DNA of 64,000 bases from Strigamia acuminata (Eukaryota): the NCBI GenBank assembly GCA_949358305.1, contig OX442314.1:2170001-2234000 (forward strand), in the 5' to 3' direction. A model generated the notes under the pieces. It did not search any database and was not told the DNA's origin. It saw only the letters and a program-made list of their open reading frames with translations. Positions 35,497 to 46,625 of this stretch are shown in pieces. The stretch's first letter is position 1, and every line of letters begins with the position of its first letter. Made by a program: the position numbers and the translations under genes.

Positions 35497-37137
35497 ATGG
35501 TAAGCGTAAATAAACTAGGAGACGATTATCGTCTTAACGCAGTGCATAAATTGGGCAAACGTCAACGTCGAGAAGTAGATGAGGTTCTCGCAGATCACGT
35601 TGGTTACGATGCATTATCCGATCTAGAAAAAAAAATTTTTGACGAGATCACAAAGACTAAAAATGCCCTGAAAGCTGCTTGCGATTCTATAATTAACGAT
35701 TTGAACGCATTAAAACGTACCGTACAAGATCAAGCTAGTAAGCTAACGGGGCAAGGCGAAGGAATTGATACGAAGGATATTGATAAACTCAAAAATGATA
35801 TTGCCTATGCTACTATAAAATATGGAACGTTGGAACAAGATTTGATTAAGAAAATTAAAGAATTAGAAGCGAACATTAAGATATTAGTAGATAATGCGAC
35901 TGCTTCCGGTGGTGTAGAAGTTGACGAAAAACAAATAAGCGCATTAGAAATCAAAATCAAAGACTTGATAAATGACGTTAAATCCGAGTTGGAATCTGCG
36001 ATCGAAGATTTAAAGACTGGGTTGGAGACGTTGACTAATAGCTTAATCCAGAATAAAACCGATTATGATACAAAAATAAACGAAGCATTGGATGAAGTAG
36101 AAACCAAAATCCAGAACTTAGACGTGGACAAAATCAGAACCAACATCGAGGCATCAAATGACAAGATAAAACAAGCACAGGATGATATAAAAAAGTTAGA
36201 AAAAAGTGTGGAAAATGAGGTTAAAGCCTTGGAAACCAAAATCAAAGCTTTACCCGCAAAATTTGGTGTTAGTAGCGAAAGTACGGAAGACTTAAAAACC
36301 AAAATTGAAGCGGCGAAAGCGGAGCTAGACACAGTCAGTACTGCCATTCAAAAAGATCTGGACGAGACTAAACTTAAATTAAACGAGTACGTAGACGAAA
36401 ATTCCGTAAAGTCAGATAAAATGCAAACGAGCGTCAACGAGGTTACCGATAAAATCAAATTAGCCAACGAACAAATAATAACGTTGCAGGAAAACATGTT
36501 GTCCATTTTGACATCCGTTCAAGAAGAAATATCAAAAATTAGCGCAATTCCGAGCGTTGACGAATCAAGTTTTGCTCCCGCTGCTTTGGCCGGCACTGTC
36601 GATACGGTAGAAGCCACGTTAAATTCTAACATCGAAGCGAACAAAATAGAAGTTAATAAGAAATTGACGGAATTAGAAGACAAAATATCAAATCTAAATA
36701 TTCCCGAAGTAGAAGAACAGGCCGATTTAGTGCTAGGGTTCCTACATTCGCAACGGACCGATTGGTTTTTGAAGGTGTCCGAAGAATGGAAATTATTTGC
36801 ACATAATGGGAAGTTTTATACTCCTCATTACGGGCATATAACGCGAATCAGTTTATTCATGTATGCTACTACAGCAGAATACACAGTAATACCTAACGAG
36901 TTTGAGTTTATCTTGTCTATTAACGGGCATGGTCGAACGTTCCATATTCCACGTACAGATGTTACAAAAACACCACGTAAAATGCCGGTATGTTTTAGAA
37001 CGTACAATTTAGAGAAAAAAGTAGATTTTGATGATAACGATCACATTAGAATATCTACTGTCACCGATTGGAGTCCGGAAATAAAAGTTTACGCCCTCGT
37101 GTATTGCAGATTCGATCGTAGTAAATGGGACGATTAA
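35497..37137 (+). CDS. Long coiled-coil protein with C-terminal beta-rich domain (candidate fibre/spike)
   Basis: 546 aa; heptad pattern over roughly aa 40-400, then an aromatic beta-rich ~135-aa tail; function inferred. Confidence 0.8.
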   Translation: MVSVNKLGDDYRLNAVHKLGKRQRREVDEVLADHVGYDALSDLEKKIFDEITKTKNALKAACDSIINDLNALKRTVQDQASKLTGQGEGIDTKDIDKLKNDIAYATIKYGTLEQDLIKKIKELEANIKILVDNATASGGVEVDEKQISALEIKIKDLINDVKSELESAIEDLKTGLETLTNSLIQNKTDYDTKINEALDEVETKIQNLDVDKIRTNIEASNDKIKQAQDDIKKLEKSVENEVKALETKIKALPAKFGVSSESTEDLKTKIEAAKAELDTVSTAIQKDLDETKLKLNEYVDENSVKSDKMQTSVNEVTDKIKLANEQIITLQENMLSILTSVQEEISKISAIPSVDESSFAPAALAGTVDTVEATLNSNIEANKIEVNKKLTELEDKISNLNIPEVEEQADLVLGFLHSQRTDWFLKVSEEWKLFAHNGKFYTPHYGHITRISLFMYATTAEYTVIPNEFEFILSINGHGRTFHIPRTDVTKTPRKMPVCFRTYNLEKKVDFDDNDHIRISTVTDWSPEIKVYALVYCRFDRSKWDD

Positions 37138-37153
37138 ACTAACCATCGTCATA

Positions 37154-40100
37154 TTAATCCTCCGCCAAGCTTACGTATCCATAAGCCAAAGTATGAATAC
37201 AATCATCTAATATCACTCGTTTCTTGTCTTTCGCCGACAATGCCAATTTGTCCACCTTGACCGTTGTGAGATCGTGCAGTTTTGATTTGATCGTTTCAAA
37301 TTTCAATCTGTGGGCCTCCCGTTCACCGAACAATATCTTCTTGTACGCCTCCAAGTCCAGCTCTTGCTCCACGACAGCCTTCTTTATGCCTTTACATCGC
37401 ATGTTCGTTTTCCCGTTCACGTTATAAGCGTAACATTTGGCTCTTAGCCCTACAAACTCTTCTATCGGCTCGCCGGCAGTCTCGTCTTTGAAGCATCCTA
37501 TGACACGCCTGTTTCTGCCATCGGGTGGGTGGTAATTAGACAGATCCATCACTTGTGGTATTTCTTCTCTGAAGAACGAGTAGACTGACGGAGCTTCTAT
37601 TTCGTACATCAAACTATCCGTATCTGTCATCAGCAATCTCAGCTTGTCTGAGAATTTTTTTTTCATGACGTTGTAATGAAAGTCGTAGAGCAAGCATTTA
37701 GACAAGTCCAGGATAGTTAAACCGCTGTAAATAGGTTTGTCTAACGTCAATTCCAGCTTTCGCCGTTCAACCAACACCAGTTTTTTGTTTAATTTTTTTT
37801 TTCCTTTGAAACCGACGTGGTTGACGTGAGTATTCAAGTCTTTTGCATTGTTTACCAGATAAAATTGTCTATATTTCCTCACGTCCTGCAAGGTTTTTCC
37901 AAAGACCGAATTGTTAGCTAATTTCGCCAATTCCTGCTCAAAATCACTGGTAGCTGACTTCCGTTTCTCAATATTCAATTTGATATACTTGGCCAGCCAC
38001 GGTTTTTGCTCAAACGTCAGCACTCTTTTTATTTTCATCAACGTCATGCCCAGGGACAAGTACAATTGCAGAGCTCTGTAATGCAGAATGTAATTACAAC
38101 GAGCTTGCAAATGCGGGATTAATCTGGGAGAAGTGTCATCCCCAGAACGTATCATTTCCGGAGCCAAAGGCAAACAATTGTGGGACGAATGCAGTTCTTG
38201 CGGATATCCCAAATCCACTTCCAAGATGCATCCCATCGTATCGTTCTCTCCCATTTTTAAAATCCGTTCTTGTGACCATTCGGCTACATTATCGTCGAAG
38301 GCAAACTTGCCAACTGGTAGCGGTTTGCTCATTGCCCAGGAATACATGGAATTCGCATCCAAATAGACGATGTAACTCTCTGGTTTCTCGCAATCGTATC
38401 CCGATGCCAGAAGAGGATTATTGGCTTTGGCGTAGCGTTGACTGATAGTGGCAACACCGCCTCTTATTCCTTGTTCGACAAACATGTACATATCTGGATC
38501 AGACAGAAGCTCCAATTTAACTTCGGTGATGAGCAGCGCAGCGTCCCAAGAAAGACTTGGAAACGTGATGTAATGACAGGGGTCTAGCTTGTAATGATTT
38601 AAACACATTTTTCTGAACTGTTCGAATATATCCGCCAACAACAGAGTGTCGGTCTTCAGATACAAATCGTGATATTCGCCCATGTTTTTAATTCCGAACG
38701 TTTTCCAAACTAACTGGGCATATTGGTATTCGTCGTCGGTTATGTTCTCAAATTCTTCTTTCGGCGGAAGTTTATCTTCTTGAAATTTTGACCAACCGGT
38801 CATATATCTGTAAGGGTACACTCCTTTCCTCAACAGAAGATCAATTTCCTCGCCTTTAAACTCGCTTCGAAAGACAGCGAACTGCGACTTCTCTAGATTT
38901 TTTGCCAAATTGGATAAACTGCTCGCGAGAAATTGGAAACTATCCATGAATTTTAACGTTACGACCTGTTTTGGATCATCACCGGTCTTGATTTTCAACG
39001 TGAACGATTTGTATAATTCCGAGTTTTCGGCGATCATCGTCACTTTTTCTGACGCGACGGTCAAATGCGGCAATATTAGATGAAAATCATACTTTTTTCC
39101 ATTATGGAAAATTATAGGCACAGATTTCCGCCAATGGTAGTTGAGGTTACAATTAGCGTGTGCGGCCCCACGAAACTTCCCGGTGAAATGGTTATGATCC
39201 AAGACTTTTGTCAAGCCTTTTAATTCTTCCAAGAATTCATCACCGCATAAGTAACACGTTGTTGCATTTCTATAAGCGATCCATTGAAGCGAAGTCATCG
39301 TTTTGGAATTGAATTGTTTATGTTCCAATTCGGAAAATTGCTGAACCACGGCTTTAATTTCCGCACGCAGCGATTGCAAAAAATGATCGACGGCATCCGG
39401 ACCTCTATACAGCTGTAACGGTCTGGAATAAGCTTCGTTCTCAGTGCACACTACTTTAAACGAATAACCGCACGGCTCGTGAGAATTAATGATGATCGAA
39501 TGTAAAGTGGGTTCGCTCTCCGCATCAGGTACTAAGAATGCCTCGAAATCGGCGTAACAAACGTACGGTAAAGGATATTTTTTTTTCTCACTTTTGAACG
39601 TACAGATAGCTCCTTCGTCGGGACATTTAGTGCTGCAGGCTTTATATTTCCCGCAGTATCGTTTATGCCTAACGAGCACTATGGCACTGGAAAACCCGTT
39701 CATACAGTTCATGCAATAATACCGCTTATGTTTATTGCCGGCGCTCAAGAGTCGCGAGAAATCCCTGATCCACATGTAATGATTTTGTTTCTTCAGTAGG
39801 TTAATAGTGATAAGGCGGTTCGTCAGAATATCTACTTTAATCGGAACAATGCGGGACTTGGGCAGCAACTCGAATACATTAATGTTCAAACTTACATTCT
39901 GTCTTTCGAACGTAAGCACTTCTTTCGGCCCCACGGGAAAAACTAGCCCTTCGAGATTGAGTTTATTCATAAACTGTTCGTAATAATCCGCTCTGCAAAC
40001 ATGAACGGGGGCTGGATACAAGGCAGCTAATACAGACCATAAAAAACTTTTTTGATCCGAGTTCTGGACATTTACAACGGCCTTTTTTTTCTGCAGACAT

Positions 40101-41170
40101 TCGTCCAGTTCCTGATACGACGATTTTTCGGGAACGGAGTGGAATATCGACGCATGTTTGTCTCTTCCCACGCAGCTCTTGAATTGGTTATCGCAGTAGT
40201 GACACGGAAAATAACCCAGCAACCGTTTTGGATCCCTCACAAGTCCGTAGCTATTCTTTCCGTAGAAGAATAGATCTACGTGATGTTTCCTGTTTCTGTG
40301 AACGGTAACGTATCTTTCCACGCGATCGCCATTGCAATAATAAATAGTTACTTCGATATCGGGATTCTGCGACTGGAATTTTTCTAGGTTTCTGTAAGGC
40401 AGCGGAAATTCTAAGCCTTGCAAGTTCAATTCGTGCTCATACTTCAAGTAATTAGATATGCGTTCGGCATTAATAGCTACCGGATGTAAAGATGCAAGAA
40501 TGGCCCAAACAAAAGACTTTCGCAAATCCATTTTAAAAGTCAAAACCGCTTTCTTATTGCGAATGACGGCCGATAAATCAATATTCGAACCCAATGGAAA
40601 GAAGATGGCATCTTTGCCCCATTCACCTTTCTGTTTTAAAATATCAAAATCAATTTTAAGAGCCTCTACACATACTAAACAGAAGTAGTCGTGAGTTTCT
40701 ACATATTCAGCACTTTCTTCGGCCAGTTGCCTCGCAGCCAAATCCAAAATTGGATCAACATCATCCGTTAACATCACGAACGGCCCGGCCCGGTACCAAA
40801 AAAGAGCTGGCGACAATTTCACGGAATGCCGATATCTCAATTGCATCATAACACTCACTTTGCACGAATTCATGTCGGCTGCAACTTCCGCCACCAAAGC
40901 ACGGATATTTGGAGCGGCATCTTTAATCACATCTTCTATTTCACAAATCCTTTCATCGAAATTGACCATGTACTCGCGCGATTGTCCATTAAAGATACCT
41001 TTATGAAGATAATACGGAACTGAGATAATCTTCTCAAAATCTTTATATTCGCCGCATTTCTTCAAAAGTTGATCCAAACCGACATTAAACTTGAAAGCCC
41101 TAGATAAATCGCCCCTTTTTCTTTTTCCTTTTAAAAACTCGACACATTTTCTGAATTTGTATCTATTCAT
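37154..41170 (-). CDS. Protein-primed family B DNA polymerase with duplicated OTU-like/zinc-finger module and endonuclease VII-like insert
   Basis: Exo YADFE, FHNGKKYD, YLKTD; Pol YLDANSMY, KLANNSVFGKT, MTDTDS, RAKCY, CKG; CYLC..DHNHFTGKFRGAAHANCN; first ATG 41170 (track ORF opens GTG 41179). Confidence 0.97.
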   Translation of the reverse strand: MNRYKFRKCVEFLKGKRKRGDLSRAFKFNVGLDQLLKKCGEYKDFEKIISVPYYLHKGIFNGQSREYMVNFDERICEIEDVIKDAAPNIRALVAEVAADMNSCKVSVMMQLRYRHSVKLSPALFWYRAGPFVMLTDDVDPILDLAARQLAEESAEYVETHDYFCLVCVEALKIDFDILKQKGEWGKDAIFFPLGSNIDLSAVIRNKKAVLTFKMDLRKSFVWAILASLHPVAINAERISNYLKYEHELNLQGLEFPLPYRNLEKFQSQNPDIEVTIYYCNGDRVERYVTVHRNRKHHVDLFFYGKNSYGLVRDPKRLLGYFPCHYCDNQFKSCVGRDKHASIFHSVPEKSSYQELDECLQKKKAVVNVQNSDQKSFLWSVLAALYPAPVHVCRADYYEQFMNKLNLEGLVFPVGPKEVLTFERQNVSLNINVFELLPKSRIVPIKVDILTNRLITINLLKKQNHYMWIRDFSRLLSAGNKHKRYYCMNCMNGFSSAIVLVRHKRYCGKYKACSTKCPDEGAICTFKSEKKKYPLPYVCYADFEAFLVPDAESEPTLHSIIINSHEPCGYSFKVVCTENEAYSRPLQLYRGPDAVDHFLQSLRAEIKAVVQQFSELEHKQFNSKTMTSLQWIAYRNATTCYLCGDEFLEELKGLTKVLDHNHFTGKFRGAAHANCNLNYHWRKSVPIIFHNGKKYDFHLILPHLTVASEKVTMIAENSELYKSFTLKIKTGDDPKQVVTLKFMDSFQFLASSLSNLAKNLEKSQFAVFRSEFKGEEIDLLLRKGVYPYRYMTGWSKFQEDKLPPKEEFENITDDEYQYAQLVWKTFGIKNMGEYHDLYLKTDTLLLADIFEQFRKMCLNHYKLDPCHYITFPSLSWDAALLITEVKLELLSDPDMYMFVEQGIRGGVATISQRYAKANNPLLASGYDCEKPESYIVYLDANSMYSWAMSKPLPVGKFAFDDNVAEWSQERILKMGENDTMGCILEVDLGYPQELHSSHNCLPLAPEMIRSGDDTSPRLIPHLQARCNYILHYRALQLYLSLGMTLMKIKRVLTFEQKPWLAKYIKLNIEKRKSATSDFEQELAKLANNSVFGKTLQDVRKYRQFYLVNNAKDLNTHVNHVGFKGKKKLNKKLVLVERRKLELTLDKPIYSGLTILDLSKCLLYDFHYNVMKKKFSDKLRLLMTDTDSLMYEIEAPSVYSFFREEIPQVMDLSNYHPPDGRNRRVIGCFKDETAGEPIEEFVGLRAKCYAYNVNGKTNMRCKGIKKAVVEQELDLEAYKKILFGEREAHRLKFETIKSKLHDLTTVKVDKLALSAKDKKRVILDDCIHTLAYGYVSLAED

Positions 41171-41304
41171 TCTGAGCACAGAATGAATCTAAATCATTAT
41201 TCTTTTTTATATAAAAGAAAAATAAATTTTAAAAAAAAAGGAAAATTGATTAAGAATGAAACATACTTTTAGGAATTTTTTTATTTATTAATTAATTAAT
41301 TAAT

Positions 41305-41577
41305 GAATTGAATTACACATTTAGCATTTTCTATTAAATATTTACAAATAAATGAATTACTTGTAAATTAATTGAATTACACATTTAGCATTTTCTATTA
41401 AATATTTACAAATAAATGAATTACTTGTAAATTAATTGAATTACACATTTAGCATTTTCTATTAAATATTTACAAATAAATGAATTACTTGTAAATTAAT
41501 TGAATTACACATTTAAGATTTTTTATTAAATATTTACAAATAAATGAATTACTTGTAAATGAATTGAATTACTTGTA
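41305..41577. repeat. 64-bp AT-rich tandem repeat (~4 copies) in the Maverick right arm
   Basis: AATTACACAT recurs at 41311, 41375, 41439, 41503. Confidence 0.9.
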
Positions 41578-41772
41578 GTTATTTATTTTAATTAATTAAA
41601 TTAATATAATTTATTAGTTATTTATTTATTTATAAATTAAATAAATTAATATAATTTATTTATTTATTTATTTAAAAATTGAAGGGTAAGCATCATTTTT
41701 TTATGCTCCTGAAATCCATCTGAGTCTTTTCTTTCTTTGTTTTTCATTCATCCATCTTCATACCATCGGGCC

Positions 41773-41867
41773 ATTTCCTCCTTCATCCCTTTAAATCCCT
41801 CCTTGAGGTAGAAATGAAGAATTGCATCTTAAATGCGTATTCATAGATCTCATATTTTACTACAACA
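41773..41867 (-). repeat. Maverick right TIR (95 bp)
   Basis: Reverse complement of 24646-24740; ends TTTTACTACAACA. Confidence 0.95.
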
Positions 41868-41992
41868 CAAGTGGTAACAATAAAAAGTGTGGTAGGAACG
41901 ATTCCAGACAAAATAAATTGAAATTCAAGGGAAAGTGTTGCAACTGCAACAATTTTGGGCACCGAGCAAGCGAATGCAGAAACCCAAACCTT
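41868..41992 (+). pseudogene. gag: Ty1/Copia gag relic, right half (CCHC zinc knuckle)
   Basis: KFKGKCCNCNNFGHRASECR; in frame with the left half once the Maverick and one TSD are removed. Confidence 0.8.
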
Positions 41993-42929
41993 ATAATTTG
42001 TGATTGTAATCTCTTGGCCACTCAAGGGTGACCTGCATCACTTCATACACTGCCCAATAGCCCCAAGGTCATCCCTCCTTGCAGAATGGTATGACCCCGT
42101 ATGGAGGAGGAGGGAGCTGAGTGGTGTAGAGACAAAGGAGAGTTTTGGGTTTCAACCGACTGTGTAGAAGTGAAGTCTTGAAGCCAGCATGGGCAGTCGT
42201 GCCCTGTGCTGACTCTCCTCCCTTTAAAACACTGCAACGCTTAGTGGTGAGATGTCAGATCCACCACAGCCTCCATGAGCGGTTGCATGGGCCGTACAGC
42301 TGAGTACGGCCACGTCATTCATGGGAATTCCTCCCTGTGTGTGGTTTGCCTTTGCGGCACAGCCAACACGCAGGTAGACGGGAGACTCCAACCTCTAGAC
42401 AACGATTAATAAAGGCCAACAACCCAACAATCTGGAGTCCTTGTCTTATTTTACGTGAGTATGCGTCCCACTCCATGGTAACCAATACCCAGGCTGCCAT
42501 GGATAAGACCATACCATCATAAATTGATGAATTACTCTTACCACAAGCACTGTCTGCGCTGTTTCAGTTGTGTTTCCTGTTTTGAAAAATGAGTAAACAA
42601 AAATTCAATACTTTGAAACACAGTGGACAGTCACATACGTATTTGATGCACGCAATGCAGTCAAACTGCAAAATCCATTTCTGTGTTTAAAAAAATTCTA
42701 AGAGTGGGCGTGTGCATGACATTTAAACAACAAAACAAGTTTAACTGCAAGTTAGCATTTAGAGCAATTTAGATTAAACACCAGGCTGAAGTTGGCACAA
42801 CATTAACATTCACCGTAATTAGAGATTGAATAGATCCCAATTTTTTTTAACACAGATTTCAATTGTGTATATAATACATTTTATACATCAAACATTTGCA
42901 TGCACACTAATGGAAAATCCTATAAAATC

Positions 42930-43470
42930 AGCAAAACGCTCCGAGTGTTCAAGTTAAGCAATCAAATTTTAATGGACTGATTCTGCATGATATTGAACAC
43001 GATTGAAATCGATCGACGACTTGGACACTTTCGATTCCAGGTGGCTCAAAGCGCAGCAATACAATCTGAGAAAATTGGTCTTCCTGTACCCTCGCGACGA
43101 CATTGAGGAAGAGCTGGATATAGGCGTGCTCACGTGTCCCAAAATTTCCAGAATCGACATGACCCCGAATATCTTCACCCTCAAATTGCTGCACCGTTTG
43201 ACGAAATTCAAGAAGTTGCGCAAGTTGTACGTCGACGTGCGTTATGACTCGGACGTGAAAATAGCGGAGCAAAATGATGCGTTCGATTGAGTTTGTTTGC
43301 GCGATTTGCGGTTTGATAAATTGGTGGAATTTAGACTGTATGAGAGGACAGATCGTTGAGTTAGCTCTGTTTATTTGTTCGAGTTGTTAGACGTGTGTCC
43401 CAAACTGGAGAATCTCGTTCTTTTGCAGTGTTCCGGCTTCAGTAACAAAATTGCGCACTAGTGGCCGACG
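42930..43470 (+). pseudogene. LRR-like family copy A (3' fragment, stops and frameshifts)
   Basis: Paralogous to 45050-45630 and 49905-50250 (MKSI..DSRWLKA..TPNIF..LTKFK). Confidence 0.75.
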
Positions 43471-43893
43471 TGTTGAACGTTGTTGTAAATCAGATTCCAC
43501 AGAATGGAACTTTTTCACTTTTCAGCATCATCACTTCCTTCAAATGCCATTACATTACAAAACCATTCAAACACGCAAACCACACACAAACCTCCATTAG
43601 CAATTCATGTCTTTTCATTAGTAAACAAAGCAGATGTTAAACCGCTAAAATTGCTATACCAATAATCGCCATTTTTGGTTGTTTCTTTTTTATTGTTTAC
43701 TTTGTCTTCTGGTTTTAATTTTCCCAAAATGGTTGCGTTTGAACGAATTATATACCCCGCTAATTGTTTCATTACCTGTTGCTGTAGTAACTATTCTTGT
43801 AAATTTAGAAAATCGATATTTCTATTCATCGAGTTCAGAAAGGCCCCGACCAAATCAAAATTTCAGGCCGAAATATCATCAGCAGAATTAAAA

Positions 43894-46054
43894 ATGCAGA
43901 CATTAACAGACCTGGCTATTAAAAGTCTATTCCGGTTCCTTATTCAACGGCCGGTTGAAGAAATGGAGGAGGATCGACTGAGAAATACATTGGAATTAAT
44001 GGAATACTTCGATGAAGAAAGTGTCGGACTAGGGCGGCGGGCCCGTAACGTTATTGAAATCGGCTTTTCCTTTCCTATGGCCCAGTCCAACCCTGAATAA
44101 ACTACGTGAGTGTCACACGGATTAGTGCATTTATTTTGTAATTATCAATATGAAATTGTTTGATTTAGCTCGTAATGTTCGTGAAGACTTGCTGAAATCA
44201 TTGAATTACACGAGTTTTTGGGCCGCAAGTGTCCGCCGGCCAGAGACGTGGGATGTTGCTTTGTTTGTACACGAAGAGCAATATAAACTGGAGTTGCGGT
44301 CTATGAGTCCAAATTTGGATTTGGATTTTTTGTTTCGAGTATGTGGCCACAAGTTGAAAGTGAGTAGACAAAGAGAACTAAATCAACATACAAAAAATTC
44401 ATTTTCAAGCAAAATAATGCATTTTCAAGCAAAATAATGCATTTTCAAGCAAAATAATGCATTTTCAAGCAAAATAATGCATTTTCAAGCAAAATAATGC
44501 ATTTTCAAGCAAAATAATGCATTTTCAAACAAAATAATGCATTTTCAAACAAAATAATGCATTTTCAAGCAAAATAATGCATTTTGATGTGCAAAAATTG
44601 CATCTTGAAGTGTACAATAAAAAACATACAAATCACGTTATGACTTATATCGTGAATTGTATGTTTTATATTATATCTCGTAATAATGAAATCTCGTTTT
44701 GCCGAAACCGAGATCCTGAGACCGAGATACCGAGATTAGTAGACGAGCGAAATCTGGAAGTGTAACATTTTACACAGAAGAAATTTGCGACATAACTTAA
44801 TTAATTGTACTAATTGTATTCGCACAGAATCTGACATGGTTAGAACTGCCCAGGGAATGTATGCTGACAGCTAATGCCTGCAAAAGAATGTGCCAGACTT
44901 TGCCAAAGCTATTGACGCTCGATGCTCCTAACATCATCGTTGAAGACGACGCGGCGACATACTTCGCTCGGCTGCCACTCCATAGGTTTATTGCCAACGG
45001 AGCCAGCGAAGATTTTGTAAGAAAACTATGCGCACAAGACTCCACCCTCAGAAAAACGCTTACATGTTTCAAGTTGAGCGATGAACTTCCAATGGACTGT
45101 TTCTGCTTGATCTTGAACACGATGAAATCGATCCAACGTTTGGGCAATAACGACTCCAGGTGGCTCAAAGCGCTGCTGCCGATCGGCGCGCCACCGCAGC
45201 AATACGATTTGGTAACGCTGGTGTTAAAGCACCCTCACGACGAGATTGAGCAGGAGCTGGAGATAGCGGCGTTCAACTGTCCGAAAGTTGCCATAATGCA
45301 CATCACTCCGAATATTTTTATTCTTAAAATGCTGCAGAGTTTGACGAAATTCAAGCAGTTGGAGATCTTGACTGTCGACATGCGTTTTGACTCGAACTTG
45401 AAAATAACGGAGGAAAATGAAATGACACGTTCGATCGAGCTTGTTTGCTCGATTTGCGCTTTGATAACTTGGAGCTATTTGACCTGATCTATCCCAACGA
45501 TCGTTGGGTCAGTTCCGGTTATTTGTTCGAGTTTTTGGCTATATGTCCCAACCTGGAGAGACTCACTCTGACTTGTGAGCCGTTGCTACGGCTTTAGCAA
45601 CAAAACTGCGCGCGAATTGGCCGATTTGATGGTGAAGAGAAACGCTGGATTTTCGGTGATCCGTGCGGCTGTGAATTTTTTTTCTCGTTCGTTGCGGCCC
45701 TTACTATTCAGATTTGCCAGTTCAGCGCAGAAACTCCCGTTTTTGGATATTGATGGGTGCGACTTGTTGGGGCCGTCGGGAATTGCAGATCTACTAAAAA
45801 TCGATTCTTTGACGTGGTTTGGAGTGATTTTGCGAATTAATGAGGTGAGAAGGCGACATTTCGACGTTGCTGCGACTGCAATGCAGCTAATGGCTGAAAA
45901 GCGCGATGTACTGCACATAAGGTTTGAAGAGCCGCCCCATGAAGTATTTGTAAATAATGACGATGGCGGTGGCTGTGTGTCTGCATTAATTCTATTTTTT
46001 TTGTATTCAAAAATAAAAAGTGAATATGTAGATCCAGAACAAACTTTTTTATGA
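43894..46054 (+). pseudogene. LRR-like family copy B (three exons: 43894-44105, ~44169-44359, 44828-46054; frameshifted)
   Basis: Same splice sites as copy D; in-frame stop at 44098-44100 and frame breaks near 45425-45570. Confidence 0.75.
44397..44586. repeat. 20-bp tandem repeat ATTTTCAAGCAAAATAATGC (~9 copies) in intron 2 of copy B
   Basis: Directly visible. Confidence 0.95.
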
Positions 46055-46145
46055 ATTCATGTGTGAAATCAAACAGTTTTGATGCAGAATTCAATACTTA
46101 TCATTGAATTTTGCATCAAAACTAATAAGTTATCCCGTTTATTTT

Positions 46146-46482
46146 CCTAACTCGTATTGGTTGAGCCGTCCCACTGGTATAGTGGCACAGAAAAGTAGCC
46201 CATGACATCAGGATTGTGATCTAACTAGGCAAAGCAACCAATAAACTAAACCTTTATTTACCTGCCAAAAGAAACCAACAAACTATGCTAACTTTGTTTG
46301 ATTGATTAAAAAGGGAAAAAGCTTATTTAGCAATTACAATAAACATTTTATTATTAAATAAATAAAATCCATCATTCTAATCACTTTTTACACTGAAATT
46401 CATTGAAAATAATCAGAACTACTTTTCCGCGTAGAAGAGCACAGTCCACTGGTGTAATCCGGCTCAACCAATAGGCGTTAAG
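46146..46482. mobile_element. Probable MITE
   Basis: Imperfect TIR with core TATTGGTTGAGCCG / CGGCTCAACCAATA; no TSD seen. Confidence 0.55.
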
Positions 46483-46625
46483 ACTACGTTGTATCAGTTT
46501 GGAGTATATAAAGATATAATAGTTTAGCATTTATTCAACAGTTGCATGTTTGTTAACCCGTTGCTGCAGTAACTATTGTTTGAAATTCAGAACCGCCCGA
46601 CCAAGACCAAAATCTCTCCTCGAAA

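Larger units (their letters stand above)
24646..41867. mobile_element. Complete Maverick/Polinton (adintovirus-like endogenous dsDNA virus), 17,222 bp
   Basis: TIRs, 6-bp TSD CAAGTG (24640-45, 41868-73), pPolB, retroviral-type integrase, ATPase, capsid proteins, adenain proteases. Confidence 0.97.

Noticed and set aside
42040..42520. Possible CK1-like kinase relic (ARRDDLGAIG on the minus strand)
   Set aside because: One short motif amid stops; other kinase subdomains not found in order
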